Source: an uncultured Actinomycetota bacterium
Lineage (GTDB): Bacteria; Actinomycetota; Actinomycetes; Propionibacteriales; Nocardioidaceae
Direction of reading: 5' to 3'
Length of the DNA stretch: 64,000 nucleotides
Assembly (NCBI GenBank): GCA_963790295.1
Contig: CAWBOE010000009.1
Span: 15,810 to 79,809 of the forward strand
The position numbers were made by a program, and so were the translations under genes. Positions 41,756 to 51,542 of this stretch are shown here, piece after piece. Within the stretch, counting starts at the first letter, position 1. Each line of letters begins with the position of its first letter. The notes under the pieces are model-generated. The model did no database searches, was not told the origin of the DNA, and worked only from the letters and a program-made list of their open reading frames with translations.

Positions 41756-42684
41756 GTCCCGAGGTCTCCGTGGTCGTGCCCTCCCGAGGCGGCGCCGAGC
41801 GGCTGCCGGTCCTGCTCGGGCTGCCTCGAGCGCCAGACCCACGACGACTGGGAGGTCGTCGTGGTGCTCGACGGCGACGTCGACGGCAGCGAGCAGGTGC
41901 TGGCGGCGTGGGCCGACCGCGTGCCCGTGCGGGCCGTGGTGTTCCCCGGCCAACCGCGGCCGGCCGGCAGCCCTCAACGCCGGCCACGCCGACGCGAAGG
42001 GCGACGTCCTGGTCCGCTGCGACGACGACCTGGCTCCCGGCCCCGACTACGTCCAGCTCCACGCCGCCGCCCACGCAGTCGGGTCCAGCGGGGGTGGTCG
42101 GGATGTGCCGCAACGTGTTCCCGGAGACGGCGTACGCGCGCGTCTACGGCCGCCCGGCGTACGAGCGGTTCCGTGCCGGTGCGCACGCCGCCTCGCCCGA
42201 CACGCGCTGGCGCTACTGGGGCGGCAACGTCTCGGTCGACCGCGAGCACCTGGGACCGCGTCGGCCCGTACGACGAGGGCTACCGCGGCTACGGCTGGGA
42301 GGACGTCGACTGGGGCTACCGCGTGCACAGTGCGGGCGTACCCGATCACGGTCGTCCCCGGGCTCGAGACCGACCACCACATCGCCGCCACCACGACCGC
42401 CGGCCGCGCGCTGCGCGCCTACTACTCCGGGTCCGCCCGGCGCCGCTTCGAGGCCAAGCACGGCTTCCAGGTGGTGGCCCCGGCCGGGCCGCGACCCTTG
42501 GAACCTGGCCGTCGGCGCGGCCGCGCGACTGCTCAGCGAGCGGGGCATCGGCCGGGCCGGCCGGGCCGTCGACCGGCTGGCCGACCGCCTGCCGCGCTGG
42601 GTCGCCGAGAAGGCCGTCGCGCTCACCGTGGAGGCAGGTGCCCTCGCGGGCTACCGCCGCAGCGACGCCGGGCAGGCGATCTGA
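41752..42684 (+). CDS. GT2 glycosyltransferase (indels)
   Basis: VSVVVPSRG, VVLDG, RCDDD, WGGNVS and YGWEDVDWGYR. Confidence 0.8.
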   Translation: MSPEVSVVVPSRGGAERLPVLLGLPRAPDPRRLGGRRGARRRRRRQRAGAGGVGRPRARAGRGVPRPTAAGRQPSTPATPTRRATSWSAATTTWLPAPTTSSSTPPPTQSGPAGVVGMCRNVFPETAYARVYGRPAYERFRAGAHAASPDTRWRYWGGNVSVDREHLGPRRPVRRGLPRLRLGGRRLGLPRAQCGRTRSRSSPGSRPTTTSPPPRPPAARCAPTTPGPPGAASRPSTASRWWPRPGRDPWNLAVGAAARLLSERGIGRAGRAVDRLADRLPRWVAEKAVALTVEAGALAGYRRSDAGQAI

Positions 42685-42842
42685 GATGGACAACACACGA
42701 CGAAATCGGTGGCCGAACCCCAGGCGGCATAGACATTTGCCAGGGTCCTGGCTCGTTTCCTTCCGGAATGCCGACAGGAGGGGCAGAATCAGTCGGGGGC
42801 CGCGTGGGGGCGCGTCCCGTTCGTTCGGGGGGAACACATCAC

Positions 42843-44304
42843 ATGACGTTGCTCGACAACGCCGTCCGCAGGATGGCGCGTACGCAGCCGTCACATTCGG
42901 CGCGCCTGATCCCGCTCGTCGCCGCGATCGGCGACTTCGTCCTGCTGGCGTTCGCTGTGTTCGTCGCGATGATCGGCCGGCAGGAGCTGACGTTCTTCGA
43001 CCCGCGCGACGACGTCGTCGACTTCGTGAGCGTGGCCGCCGGCCCGCTGCTCGTCGGCTGGGCCGCGATGCTGCTCGCCGTCGGCGCCTACGCCCGCGAC
43101 ATCTTCGGGGCCGGCACCGAGGAGTACAAGCTGGTCCTCAAGGCCTCGCTGCTCAGCTCTGCCCTGGTCGGTATCGGCTGCTACCTCACCGGCTTCCCGC
43201 TCTCTCGCGGCTTCTTCCTGCTGGCGTTCACGATCGGGACGCCGCTGCTCCTGGCGTGGCGCTTCGTGTTCCGCCGCTCGATCCAGCACACCCGCCGCCA
43301 CGGCCACCTGCGCCAGGGCGTGATCATCGCCGGCAACGCCCGCCACATCGACGAGGTCGCCGCGGTGCTGCGCCGCGAGTCGTGGCTCGGCTACACCGTG
43401 CTCGGCGCGCTGACCACCGCCGACCAGCCAGGTCATCGAGACCCCGGCCGGCATCCCCGTCCTCGGCTCGACCACCGACGCCGCCGCCGCCATCGACGGC
43501 GTCAGCGCCGACGTCATCGTCTTCGCCGACGGCGCGTTCTCCAGCGCCCACGACCTGCGCCGCGCGATGTGGGACCTCGAGGGCTCACACGGTCCAGTGC
43601 GATCGTGGTCCCGAGCCTCACCGACGTCTCCAGCGAGCGCCTCAAGGTCCGCCCGGTCGCCGGACTGCCGCTCGTCCACGTCGACGCCCCGCGCACGCTG
43701 CACGCCTCTCACTGGGCCAAGCGCGCCTTCGACGTCGTCGGCTCGCTCGGTCATCCTGCTGCTGATCTCGCCTGTCTGGCTGGCCACCGCGGTCGCCATC
43801 AAGTTCCACGACGGCGGCCCGGTGCTCTTCCGCCAGACCCGCATCGGCCGCGACGGCCGCCCGTTCAGCTGCCTGAAGTTCCGCAGCATGGTCATCGACG
43901 CCGAGCAGCTGCGCGCCGACCTCGAGGTCAACCACGAGCGCAGCGCCGTGCTGTTCAAGATGGCCGACGACCCGCGCGTGACCAGGCCCGGCAGGCTGAT
44001 CCGCCGGCTCTCGATCGACGAGCTGCCCCAGCTGTGGAACGTGCTGCGCGGCCAGATGAGCCTGGTCGGCCCGCGCCCGCCGCTGCCGCACGAGGCTGCC
44101 CGCTACGGCTCCGACATGAGCCGTCGCCTGCGGGTGCGCCCCGGCATGACCGGCCTGTGGCAGGTCTCCGGCCGCTCCGACCTCAGCTGGGACGAGACCG
44201 TGCGCCTCGACCTCTACTACGTCGACAACTGGTCGATGGTCCAGGACCTCAACATCCTGGCCCGCACCGTCTCCGCCGTCCTGAGCTCCCGCGGCGCGTA
44301 CTGA
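42843..44304 (+). CDS. Priming polyprenyl glycosylphosphotransferase (WcaJ/WbaP family; indels)
   Basis: N-terminal TMs; KRAFD, KFRSM, DPRVT, SIDELPQLWNVLRGQMSLVGPRP, PGMTGLWQVSGRS and DLYYVDNWS. Confidence 0.92.
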
Positions 44305-44326
44305 CAGCCGACCCTCGCCACAGACC

Positions 44327-44418
44327 GTCCGAGCGCGCCGCCCCGTCTGGACTGAGGAGCGAGGCGAGCGCAGCGAGCCAGCGACGAGGCAAGACGGGGC
44401 GCCGCAGCGCGCTCGGAC
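44327..44418. repeat. Nested-hairpin REP-like element, second copy
   Basis: Outer stem GTCCGAGCGCG/CGCGCTCGGAC, inner stem CGCCCCGTCT/AGACGGGGCG, core GCGAGCGCAGCGAGC. Confidence 0.7.
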
Positions 44419-44451
44419 TCGCCCAAGCGAAGCGGCCTGGCAGGATGTCCG

Positions 44452-45020
44452 GTGTCCGACTCCGCCGACCGGTTGCAGGTGCTTGTTCGTCTGCACGGCG
44501 AACATCTCGCGGTCGCCGTACCTCGAGCTGCGGGCCAGGTCGCTGGCCGGGGACGCCCCGGTCGACTTCGCCAGCGCCGGGGTGCACGCTCGCGACGACA
44601 CCCTGATCGACCCGGCGATGGCCGTCGAGCTGACGGCACGCGGGATCTCGTCCGACGACTTCCGCAGCCGCCGGGTGACCGGCTCGATGCTCGGCCGCGC
44701 CGACCTGGTGCTCACCGCCGAGGCGGCGCACCGGGCCGCCATCCTCGACGAGCACCCGATCGCGACCCGCAAGGTGCTGACCGTCGGCCAGGCCGACCGG
44801 GCCCTCGACCGGATCGACCCGGGCACTCCCGCCTCGGAGCTCGCGGCTGCGCTCGTGGCCGCCCGAGGCGGCGCTACCGCCGACCTCGACATCGTCGACC
44901 CCTACCGTCGCGGGCCCGAGGCGGCCCGGGCCTGCGCGCTGATCCTCGACAAGATCGTCGACCGGCTGCTCGCCCGTCTGGCTGCTCGACGCCGACGGAG
45001 GCCCGGTGACCGCGCGGTGA
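44452..45020 (+). CDS. Low-molecular-weight protein tyrosine phosphatase (Wzb-like; indels)
   Basis: FVCTANISRS (CX5R) and DIVDPY. Confidence 0.82.
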
Positions 45021-46044
45021 CCAAGGTCCTGGTCGTCACCCCTGCGTTCCACGGCTACGGCGACTCGATCGGCAACGCCCTGCGCCGACGCGGCCACGAC
45101 GTCACGGTGCACCCGTACGACGCGCACGTCGGCACCTGGGAGAAGGCCCGCCACAAGCTCGACGGTCGAGCTGCCCGAGAGGTTCCTCGGCCGGCTCGGC
45201 GCCGACCGGCACTGCGAGCGCCGCACGGCGCGCCACCGACAGCGCCCTCGAGGTCCACGCCGCGGTCCGGCCCGACGTGGTGCTGGTGATCCGGGGCGAC
45301 CTGTTCGAGCACGCGGTTCTGGGACCGGCTCGAGGAGTCCGGGAGGCCGTTCGTCGTCTGGCTCTACGACGAGGTGCGCCGGATGAGCCACGACGTCGCC
45401 AACCTTGCGCGGGCCACGGCGGTGACCAGCTACTCGCCGCTGGACGTGCAGTGGCTGCGCGACCAGGGCATCGACGCCCACCATCTGCCCAACGCCTTCG
45501 ACCGCGACCGGCAGGTCGTGCGGCCGATGGTCCGGCGCGACGAGATCAGCTTCGTCGGCGCGCGCTACCCCGACCGCGAGCAGACGCTGCGTCGGGCTGC
45601 ACGAGGCCGGCGTGCCCGTCCGCGCCTACGGTCGCGACTGGTCGCGCCACCCGGTCGACCGGCTGCGCACCTGGGGCTGGCACCGCCCGGACGTGCCGCC
45701 GAGCGCGACGTCGACCGCGACACGGCGTACGCCGTGATGGCCGCGTCCGCGGCCACGCTCAGCATGCACACCGACCAGGACGGCTTCGCGATGCGCACCT
45801 TCGAGGCGTGCGGCTCGGGCGCCGTCCAGCTCATCGACCGTCCCGACCTGGCCGGCCTCTACGACGACGGCGTCGAGCTCGCCACGCTGGGAGACGTTCG
45901 AGGAGCTGCTCGAGCTGTGCGTCGCGGGCCCGCATCGACCTCGCCGTGGGCGCGAGGGCCTGCGCGAGGCGGGGCGCCGGCGCACCCTCGCCGAGCACAC
46001 CTTCGACCACCGGGTCGCGCGTCGTGGAGCAGCTGTGGGGCTGA
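45017..46044 (+). CDS. CgeB-like (Glyco_trans_1_2) glycosyltransferase (indels)
   Basis: TPAFHGY, VWLYDE, FVGARYPDRE, MRTFEACGSG and EHTFDHRV. Confidence 0.75.
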
Positions 46045-47059
46045 ACCACCCGCGCGACCTCGACGCCTGGCACGCCTGGCAGCGCTCGCGCTCGCCGCTG
46101 CGAGCGCTGCGTCGACCGCGTTCCGCACCGCAGCCGCCGCTCGCGCGGCACGCCTGACGACCATGGTCTCCGGGCCGCGCGTGCTCGTCGTCCTCGACTG
46201 GCTCGCCCCGACGAGCCTGATGGCGCTGTTCGAGATGACGGCGCATCTGTCGGCGCCGTACGCCGTGCTCTCACCGGCACCCTCCGGTCCCGACCGGCTC
46301 GACCGCCGAGGCCGCTCCCTCGTCACCCGCGACGCGACGTCGTCCCGGAGGAGCTCGCGTCGGTGCGGTGGTGGTCGGCCGCCGGCCACTACCTGCCGCT
46401 CGGCGCGGTCGCCCACGCGTGGTCGCGACGCCTGGGCGCGCGCGTTCGTCGCCGTCCAGCACGGCCTGCTGACCCCCACGCGCCGCCGCTCGCCCCCGAC
46501 TCCGCACCTGCTGGCCTGGTCGGACGCCGACGCGGACTTCTGGACGGTCGGGGCGGGCCGACGTGCAGACGCAGGTCGTCGGCTCGCAGCTGCTCTGGGA
46601 GGCCGGGCCGGGGGCACACCCGCGTGACCGACGACCGGCCGACGTTCCTCGGCCAGCTGCACAGCGCCGAGATGGGCCGCCGCGAGATGGCGCGGTTCAC
46701 CGGCGCGTTCTGCCGCACCGAGGGCGCCCGCTACCGGCCGCACCCGGGCGAGCGCGACCGGCTCTCGCGGTGGCAGCACGCGCGCTGGCGGCGCCAGGGC
46801 ATCGAGCTCGACGACGGCTCCGTGCCGCTGCGCGAGCTGCCGACGCCGGTGGTCAGCGTCTTCTCGACGGGCATCCTCGAGGCCGCCGCCCGCGGCGTAC
46901 CGGCCTGGGCGGCGTACGACCGACCCGCCTGCGTGGCTCGAGGAGTTCTGGGAGCGTTACGCCATGTCCCGCTACGGCGCCGAGCCCACGCCCGCGCCCG
47001 CCACGCCCGAGCGCGAGCCCGCCGTGGCCGTGGCCGCCGCGATCGAGGCCCTCCTGTGA
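46035..47059 (+). CDS. Hypothetical GT-B-like protein, candidate CMP-ulosonate transferase (many indels)
   Basis: VQHGLLTP, FLGQLH, YRPHPGE and SVFSTGILEAAARGVP; TGA overlaps the neuA start. Confidence 0.55.
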
Positions 47060-47736
47060 CGGCCGTCTGCGTGATCCCGGCGCGCGGCGGCAGCAAGGGC
47101 GTGCCCGGCAAGAACCTCCGTGAGGTCGCCGGCAAGCCGCTGATCGTGTGGACCATCGAGCAGGCGCTCGCGGTGACCGAGCCGCTCGAGGTCGTCGTCT
47201 CGACCGACGACGACGAGATCGCCGCGGTCGCGCGAGCCGCCGGCGCGTCGGTGCCGTTCCTGCGCCCGGCGGAGCTCGCCCAGGACACCACCGCGACCGA
47301 GCCCGTCGTCCGGCACGCGCTGGCGACCCTCGACGCGCTCGGCACCCAGGCCTCGACCGTGATGCTGCTGCAGGCGACCTCGCCCGGTACGCCTGCCCGG
47401 GCACCCTCGACCGCGCGCTCGCGGAGTTCGCCGTCGACCGGCGTCGACTCGATGGTGGGCGTCGTCCCGCAGGCGCCGTTCCTGTGGTGGGCCGGCGACC
47501 CGCCGCGTGCCGACTACGCCGTCGACGCCCGTCCGCGTCGCCAGGACCTCACCTCCGAGACGCTGCGCTACCGCGAGACCGGTTCGCTCTACGTCACCAA
47601 GCGATGGGTGTACGACGACCTCGACAACCGCCTCGGCGGCCGGATCGGCCTGTTCGTGATGGACGAGGTCGAGGGCACCGACGTCGACACCGAGCTGGAC
47701 CTCGCGATCGCCGAGCAGCAGCTGCGAGGGCTGTGA
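47056..47736 (+). CDS. neuA: Acylneuraminate (ulosonate) cytidylyltransferase
   Basis: IPARGGSKGVPGKN, VSTDD, RPAELAQD, LQATSP, RRQD, ETGSLY and DVDTELD. Confidence 0.9.
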   Translation: MTAVCVIPARGGSKGVPGKNLREVAGKPLIVWTIEQALAVTEPLEVVVSTDDDEIAAVARAAGASVPFLRPAELAQDTTATEPVVRHALATLDALGTQASTVMLLQATSPGTPARAPSTARSRSSPSTGVDSMVGVVPQAPFLWWAGDPPRADYAVDARPRRQDLTSETLRYRETGSLYVTKRWVYDDLDNRLGGRIGLFVMDEVEGTDVDTELDLAIAEQQLRGL

Positions 47737-48633
47737 ATGGGGTCCCCTGTCTACGCGGTGCTGGCGCACCACCAGCCCGGCCAGCTCGCCCGGCTCGTCG
47801 ACCGGCTGTCGCGGCACGGGTCGACGGTCGTGGTGCACGTCGACGGCCACGCCGACCTGCGCCCCTTCGACGAGGCCGTCTCCGGGCGGGCGAGCTTCAG
47901 CCGGCGGCGACTCAAGGTCACCTGGGGAGGCTTCTCGCTGGCCCGCGCGCTGCTCACCGTCGTCGAGGACGCCCTGGCTGCCGACCCGGACGCCACCCAC
48001 GTGCAGCTGCTGTCGGGCCTCGACTACCCCGCCCGCCCGGAAGCCGAGCTCGAGGAGCACCTGGTGCCCGGACGCTCGTACGTGAACTTCTACCCGATGC
48101 TTCCGGGCAGCCAGTTCGACACGATCCCCCATACCTGGTGCTTCCACGACCAGTACGCCCTGCTGCCGGGCGACTGGGGCAAGCGGGCCTACCGCTTCGT
48201 CGACCGCCTCAACCGACGGCTTCCCCGGCGTACTCCACCGGTCCCGCTCTACCGCGGGTCGACCTGGATGTGCCTGGCCCGGCCCGCCGCCGAGTACGTG
48301 GTCGCGGCCGCGCACGACCGCGAGCACCGGCGGGTGATGCGGTACCTGCGCACCATCAACGTCCCCGACGAGATCGCCGTGCAGACCCTGCTGGCCAACT
48401 CGCCGCTGGCCAGCACGCTGGAAGGTTGGGAAGGCGGCGCCTTCCGCCCCGAGGAGAAGCGGGTCTACCACCACTACATCGACTGGGACCCGGCGCGGGA
48501 GAACCCCGCCGTTCTCGACCTCGACGACCTGCCTGCCATCCGCGGGTCGGGTCAGTACTTCGTGCGGAAGGTCGACCCCGCCCGCTCCGCGACGCTGATG
48601 GACGAGCTCGACGCGACCTCGACACGACGTTGA
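47737..48633 (+). CDS. GT14 core-2/I-branching beta-1,6-GlcNAc-transferase-like
   Basis: VHVD, VTWGGFSL, LLSGLDYP, GSTW, PDE, YIDW and FVRK. Confidence 0.85.
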   Translation: MGSPVYAVLAHHQPGQLARLVDRLSRHGSTVVVHVDGHADLRPFDEAVSGRASFSRRRLKVTWGGFSLARALLTVVEDALAADPDATHVQLLSGLDYPARPEAELEEHLVPGRSYVNFYPMLPGSQFDTIPHTWCFHDQYALLPGDWGKRAYRFVDRLNRRLPRRTPPVPLYRGSTWMCLARPAAEYVVAAAHDREHRRVMRYLRTINVPDEIAVQTLLANSPLASTLEGWEGGAFRPEEKRVYHHYIDWDPARENPAVLDLDDLPAIRGSGQYFVRKVDPARSATLMDELDATSTRR

Positions 48634-48696
48634 CCCCGGGCTGGTCCCGGGCGAGGCTGGCGAGTACCGCAACCATCGACGCCAAGGAGGATTGCC

Positions 48697-49083
48697 ATGT
48701 CAGGCAGGGTCGTCCACTTCGAGATCCCCTTCGACGACGGGGACCGCGCCCGCTCCTTCTACCGAGACGCCTTCGGGTGGCAGCTGACGGAGATGCCCGA
48801 GATGGGCTACACGATCGTGACGACGGGGCCGACCGACCAGCAGAGCGGCCCGACCGAGCCCGGGTTCATCAACGGCGGGTTGTTCGAGCGGAGCGAGCAG
48901 TTCCCCGGCAAGGCGCCCAACCTCGTGATCGACGTGGCGAACGTCGACGACGCGCTCGCGAAGGTCAAGGACGCCGGCGGCACGGTCGTCCACCAGCGGA
49001 TGGCCGTCGGCGACATGGGGTTCACCGGCTACTTCACCGACACCGAGGGCAACCTGATCGGCCTGTGGGAGACCGCCACGTGA
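48697..49083 (+). CDS. VOC/glyoxalase family protein
   Basis: VVHFEIP, GFINGG and YFTDTEGNLIGLW; RBS AAGGAGG. Confidence 0.9.
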   Translation: MSGRVVHFEIPFDDGDRARSFYRDAFGWQLTEMPEMGYTIVTTGPTDQQSGPTEPGFINGGLFERSEQFPGKAPNLVIDVANVDDALAKVKDAGGTVVHQRMAVGDMGFTGYFTDTEGNLIGLWETAT

Positions 49084-49496
49084 CTCGGATGCTCACCGAC
49101 GACGAGCTGCATCAGGCGTTGCGTCGTCACTGGGAGCACTCGGGCAAGGACGAGGACGTCGCCCACGAGATCTACCACGACGACGCCGTCTTGGAGTTCC
49201 CACAGTCCGGCGAGCGCTTCGAGGGCGTGGACAACTTCCGCGAGTGGCGCCGGCAGTACCCCGCCGACCTCAAGTTCCACCTCCGGCGCATCAGCCATCG
49301 CGACGACCTGGTCGTCACCGAGTACCTGATCAGCTACAACGGTGCGCCCTGGATGTTCACCGTCAGCATCATGGACTTCCGGGGCGACCGGGTCGCCCAC
49401 GAGCGGATCTACATCATGGACGGCTGGGAGGCCGCAGAGTGGCGCGCCCCGTGGCGGGCCGAGCGCAGGGCCGACCCCGAGCCCCCGGCTCCGTGA
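49080..49496 (+). CDS. SnoaL/NTF2-like protein
   Basis: HEIYHDDAVLEFPQSGERF and VAHERIY. Confidence 0.8.
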   Translation: MTRMLTDDELHQALRRHWEHSGKDEDVAHEIYHDDAVLEFPQSGERFEGVDNFREWRRQYPADLKFHLRRISHRDDLVVTEYLISYNGAPWMFTVSIMDFRGDRVAHERIYIMDGWEAAEWRAPWRAERRADPEPPAP

Positions 49497-49547
49497 TCGA
49501 CCCAGCGCGCCGCCTGCCGAGAGCCGGGGTCCCTGCGCTCGGTCGCC

Positions 49548-50283
49548 TCAGAGCTGGGATCTCAGCACGTCGATCTCGCAGCCTGGCGAGGCCGGGTCGA
49601 AGCCGTGCTCGACCAGCCACCGGACCGCCGTCAGGCAACGCATCGACCACCAGCCGCGGATCACGTCGAGGTCGACGTCGGTGCCATAGCCGGCGATGAC
49701 GTCGCCGAGGTGCTCCGGGTGTCCGAGCGTCAGGCTGGCGAGGTCGTAGAGGGCGTCGCCCTGGCCCGCCTCGGACCAGTCGACCACGCCGGTGATCTTG
49801 TCACCGTCGACGAACACGTGGGCGACCTGCAGGTCGCCGTGCATGAACACCGGTGTCCACGGCCGGAGCGCAGCCTCGGCGACCTGGCGGTTGCGCGTGA
49901 CCAGGTCGGCGGGAAGGACGCCGTTCGTGAGGAGCCACGCGCACTCGCGGTCGAGGTCGGATGCCTTCTCGTCGAGGCTCCGACCAGGCCAGGGAGGCAG
50001 CGGCGCGTCGTGCAGCATCCGTACGGCGGCACCCGCCGCGGCCCACGCCGCCGACGACGCGATCGACGGCTCGCCGAGGCGGCCGAGTGCCTTCCCAGGG
50101 AGGGCGGCGAGCGCGAGCACGGGCGGGTTCCGCCACAGGACCTCCGGAGTCGGGATCGGCGCCAAGGCCATGGCCTCGACCTCGATGTCGGTGTGCGTCT
50201 GGTCAGCGTCGATCTTCAGGAACACCTCACCGACGCGCAGGGTCGCGCGCTCGTGATGGGCGACGACGACCTCGACCTTCCAC
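49548..50283 (-). CDS. Aminoglycoside/choline phosphotransferase (APH) family protein
   Basis: FLKID, HGDLQ and VVDW; small indel near the start. Confidence 0.85.
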
Positions 50284-50357
50284 GTCGGCCACTATCGCGG
50301 GGACGACCGCCGACGTCACCGGGTTTAGCTGCCCGAGAGCCGTGCCCTGGGCAGCGC

Positions 50358-50777
50358 TCAGGAACCTTCCGCGGCCCGCTTCATGCCTTCGGCTTCCAGG
50401 TTTAGGTACCGGTTGGTCAGTCCCTTGTAGAACAGGGCGACTGGGATGAGGAAGCCCCGCATGTCGAGCGCCAGCGTGAGACGTGCGCGACGCTCGTCCA
50501 GCGCCTCGACGCGGTGACCCGCGGTGCTGGTGATGCCGCTGGTCTTCTGCGTCCACACGAAGTACGAGGGCGCGTCCCAGACGGTGATGTCCCAGGTGCC
50601 TTCGGGCAGCTTCGGTTGCTTGAGGCGCACGCGGCTGCCCTGGGTGATCGGCGCAGCCGTGAGCAGCTCGACGACGTCGACGGTCTCGATGCGCTGTGGC
50701 CACGCCTCGAGGTCTGCGAGCACGTCCCACACCCGTTGTTGCGGTGCGTCGATCTCGATGGACTTCTCGAAGTGCAT
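50358..50777 (-). CDS. SRPBCC family protein
   Basis: SIEIDAPQQRVWDVLADLEAWP and YLNLEAEGMK. Confidence 0.85.
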   Translation of the reverse strand: MHFEKSIEIDAPQQRVWDVLADLEAWPQRIETVDVVELLTAAPITQGSRVRLKQPKLPEGTWDITVWDAPSYFVWTQKTSGITSTAGHRVEALDERRARLTLALDMRGFLIPVALFYKGLTNRYLNLEAEGMKRAAEGS

Positions 50778-50994
50778 TTGAGCCGCACTCTAGCCGGGAC
50801 GCGAGCTGCCTCACAGGCGTCAACGTCGGCGAAAGGCGGACCATCGGCAGCAGGACACGCGAAGCGTGAGTGCGGGCCACTCGGGGCAACATTCGTGAAC
50901 CTGGTTCAGAGGAGTTACCCCAGCCTCCTCAGCCAGCGCCTGGCTGCCCTGGTACGCCTTGACGTCGTACAACGCCACGGCAGACCCTGCCGCC

Positions 50995-51468
50995 ATGGCT
51001 GAGCCGTACGTCGTGCTTCCGGACGAGGGCAGGGTGCTCGACCTCGGCAACTTCGAGGCGGTCGTGCTGGCGACCGCCGAGGACAGACCGACGGGGCGTT
51101 CGCGCTGCTGCAGACCCGCCGCGAGCCGCCGGGTTTCGGTCCGCCGCTCCACCGTCACCACGACAGCGCGGAGGGGTTCTTCGTGCTCGAGGGCGACTAC
51201 CTGATGATCCTCGAGGACCGTCGCCAGGTCTGCCCGCCAGGCAGCTTCGTGTACGTGCCGCAGGCGTGGCGCACACCTTCCAGGTGGTGTCCGAGACCAC
51301 CGGGCCGCAAGCTCAACCTGTTCTCGCCGGCCGGCATGGTCGGGTTCTTCGAGGAGCTGGCCCGTTGCGAGGCCACCGGCGGGGCGACACGCCGGAGCGC
51401 CTGGACGAGATCGCGGCCGGCGATACCACATGGAGGTCCTGGGGCCCGTGCCGGACGCCTATCTCTGA
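50995..51468 (+). CDS. Cupin domain protein (indels)
   Basis: PPLHRHHDSAEGFFVLEG, PGSFVYVP, HTF and NLFSPAGMVGFFEEL. Confidence 0.75.
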
Positions 51469-51542
51469 GCCGAAACGCCACGGCCACCGGCTCTTTACCC
51501 AACCTCCGGACCCGCAGGCGCCCGAGGTGACAGGATTCTGTG

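Noticed and set aside
40842-44606. 1254-aa ORF and other very long Arg/Pro-rich ORFs (e.g. 8036-10909, 11482-13887, 35750-38680, 6078-8348)
   Set aside because: Shadow frames or chimeras caused by high GC and indels; the real genes lie in other frames or are only sub-segments of these ORFs.
44483-45289. Apparent LMW-PTP/glycosyltransferase fusion
   Set aside because: Explained by an indel near 44980; a GTGA overlap exists at 45017-45020.
46363-47736. Apparent fusion of the unknown transferase with NeuA
   Set aside because: An indel near 46930 causes read-through; the GTGA overlap at 47056-47059 indicates two genes.
49548-50283. APH as an aminoglycoside-resistance gene
   Set aside because: Only generic kinase motifs are visible; the substrate cannot be assigned from sequence.
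50780-50994. Intergenic region as a possible riboswitch or tRNA
   Set aside because: No recognisable conserved RNA motif or cloverleaf; most likely a divergent promoter region.
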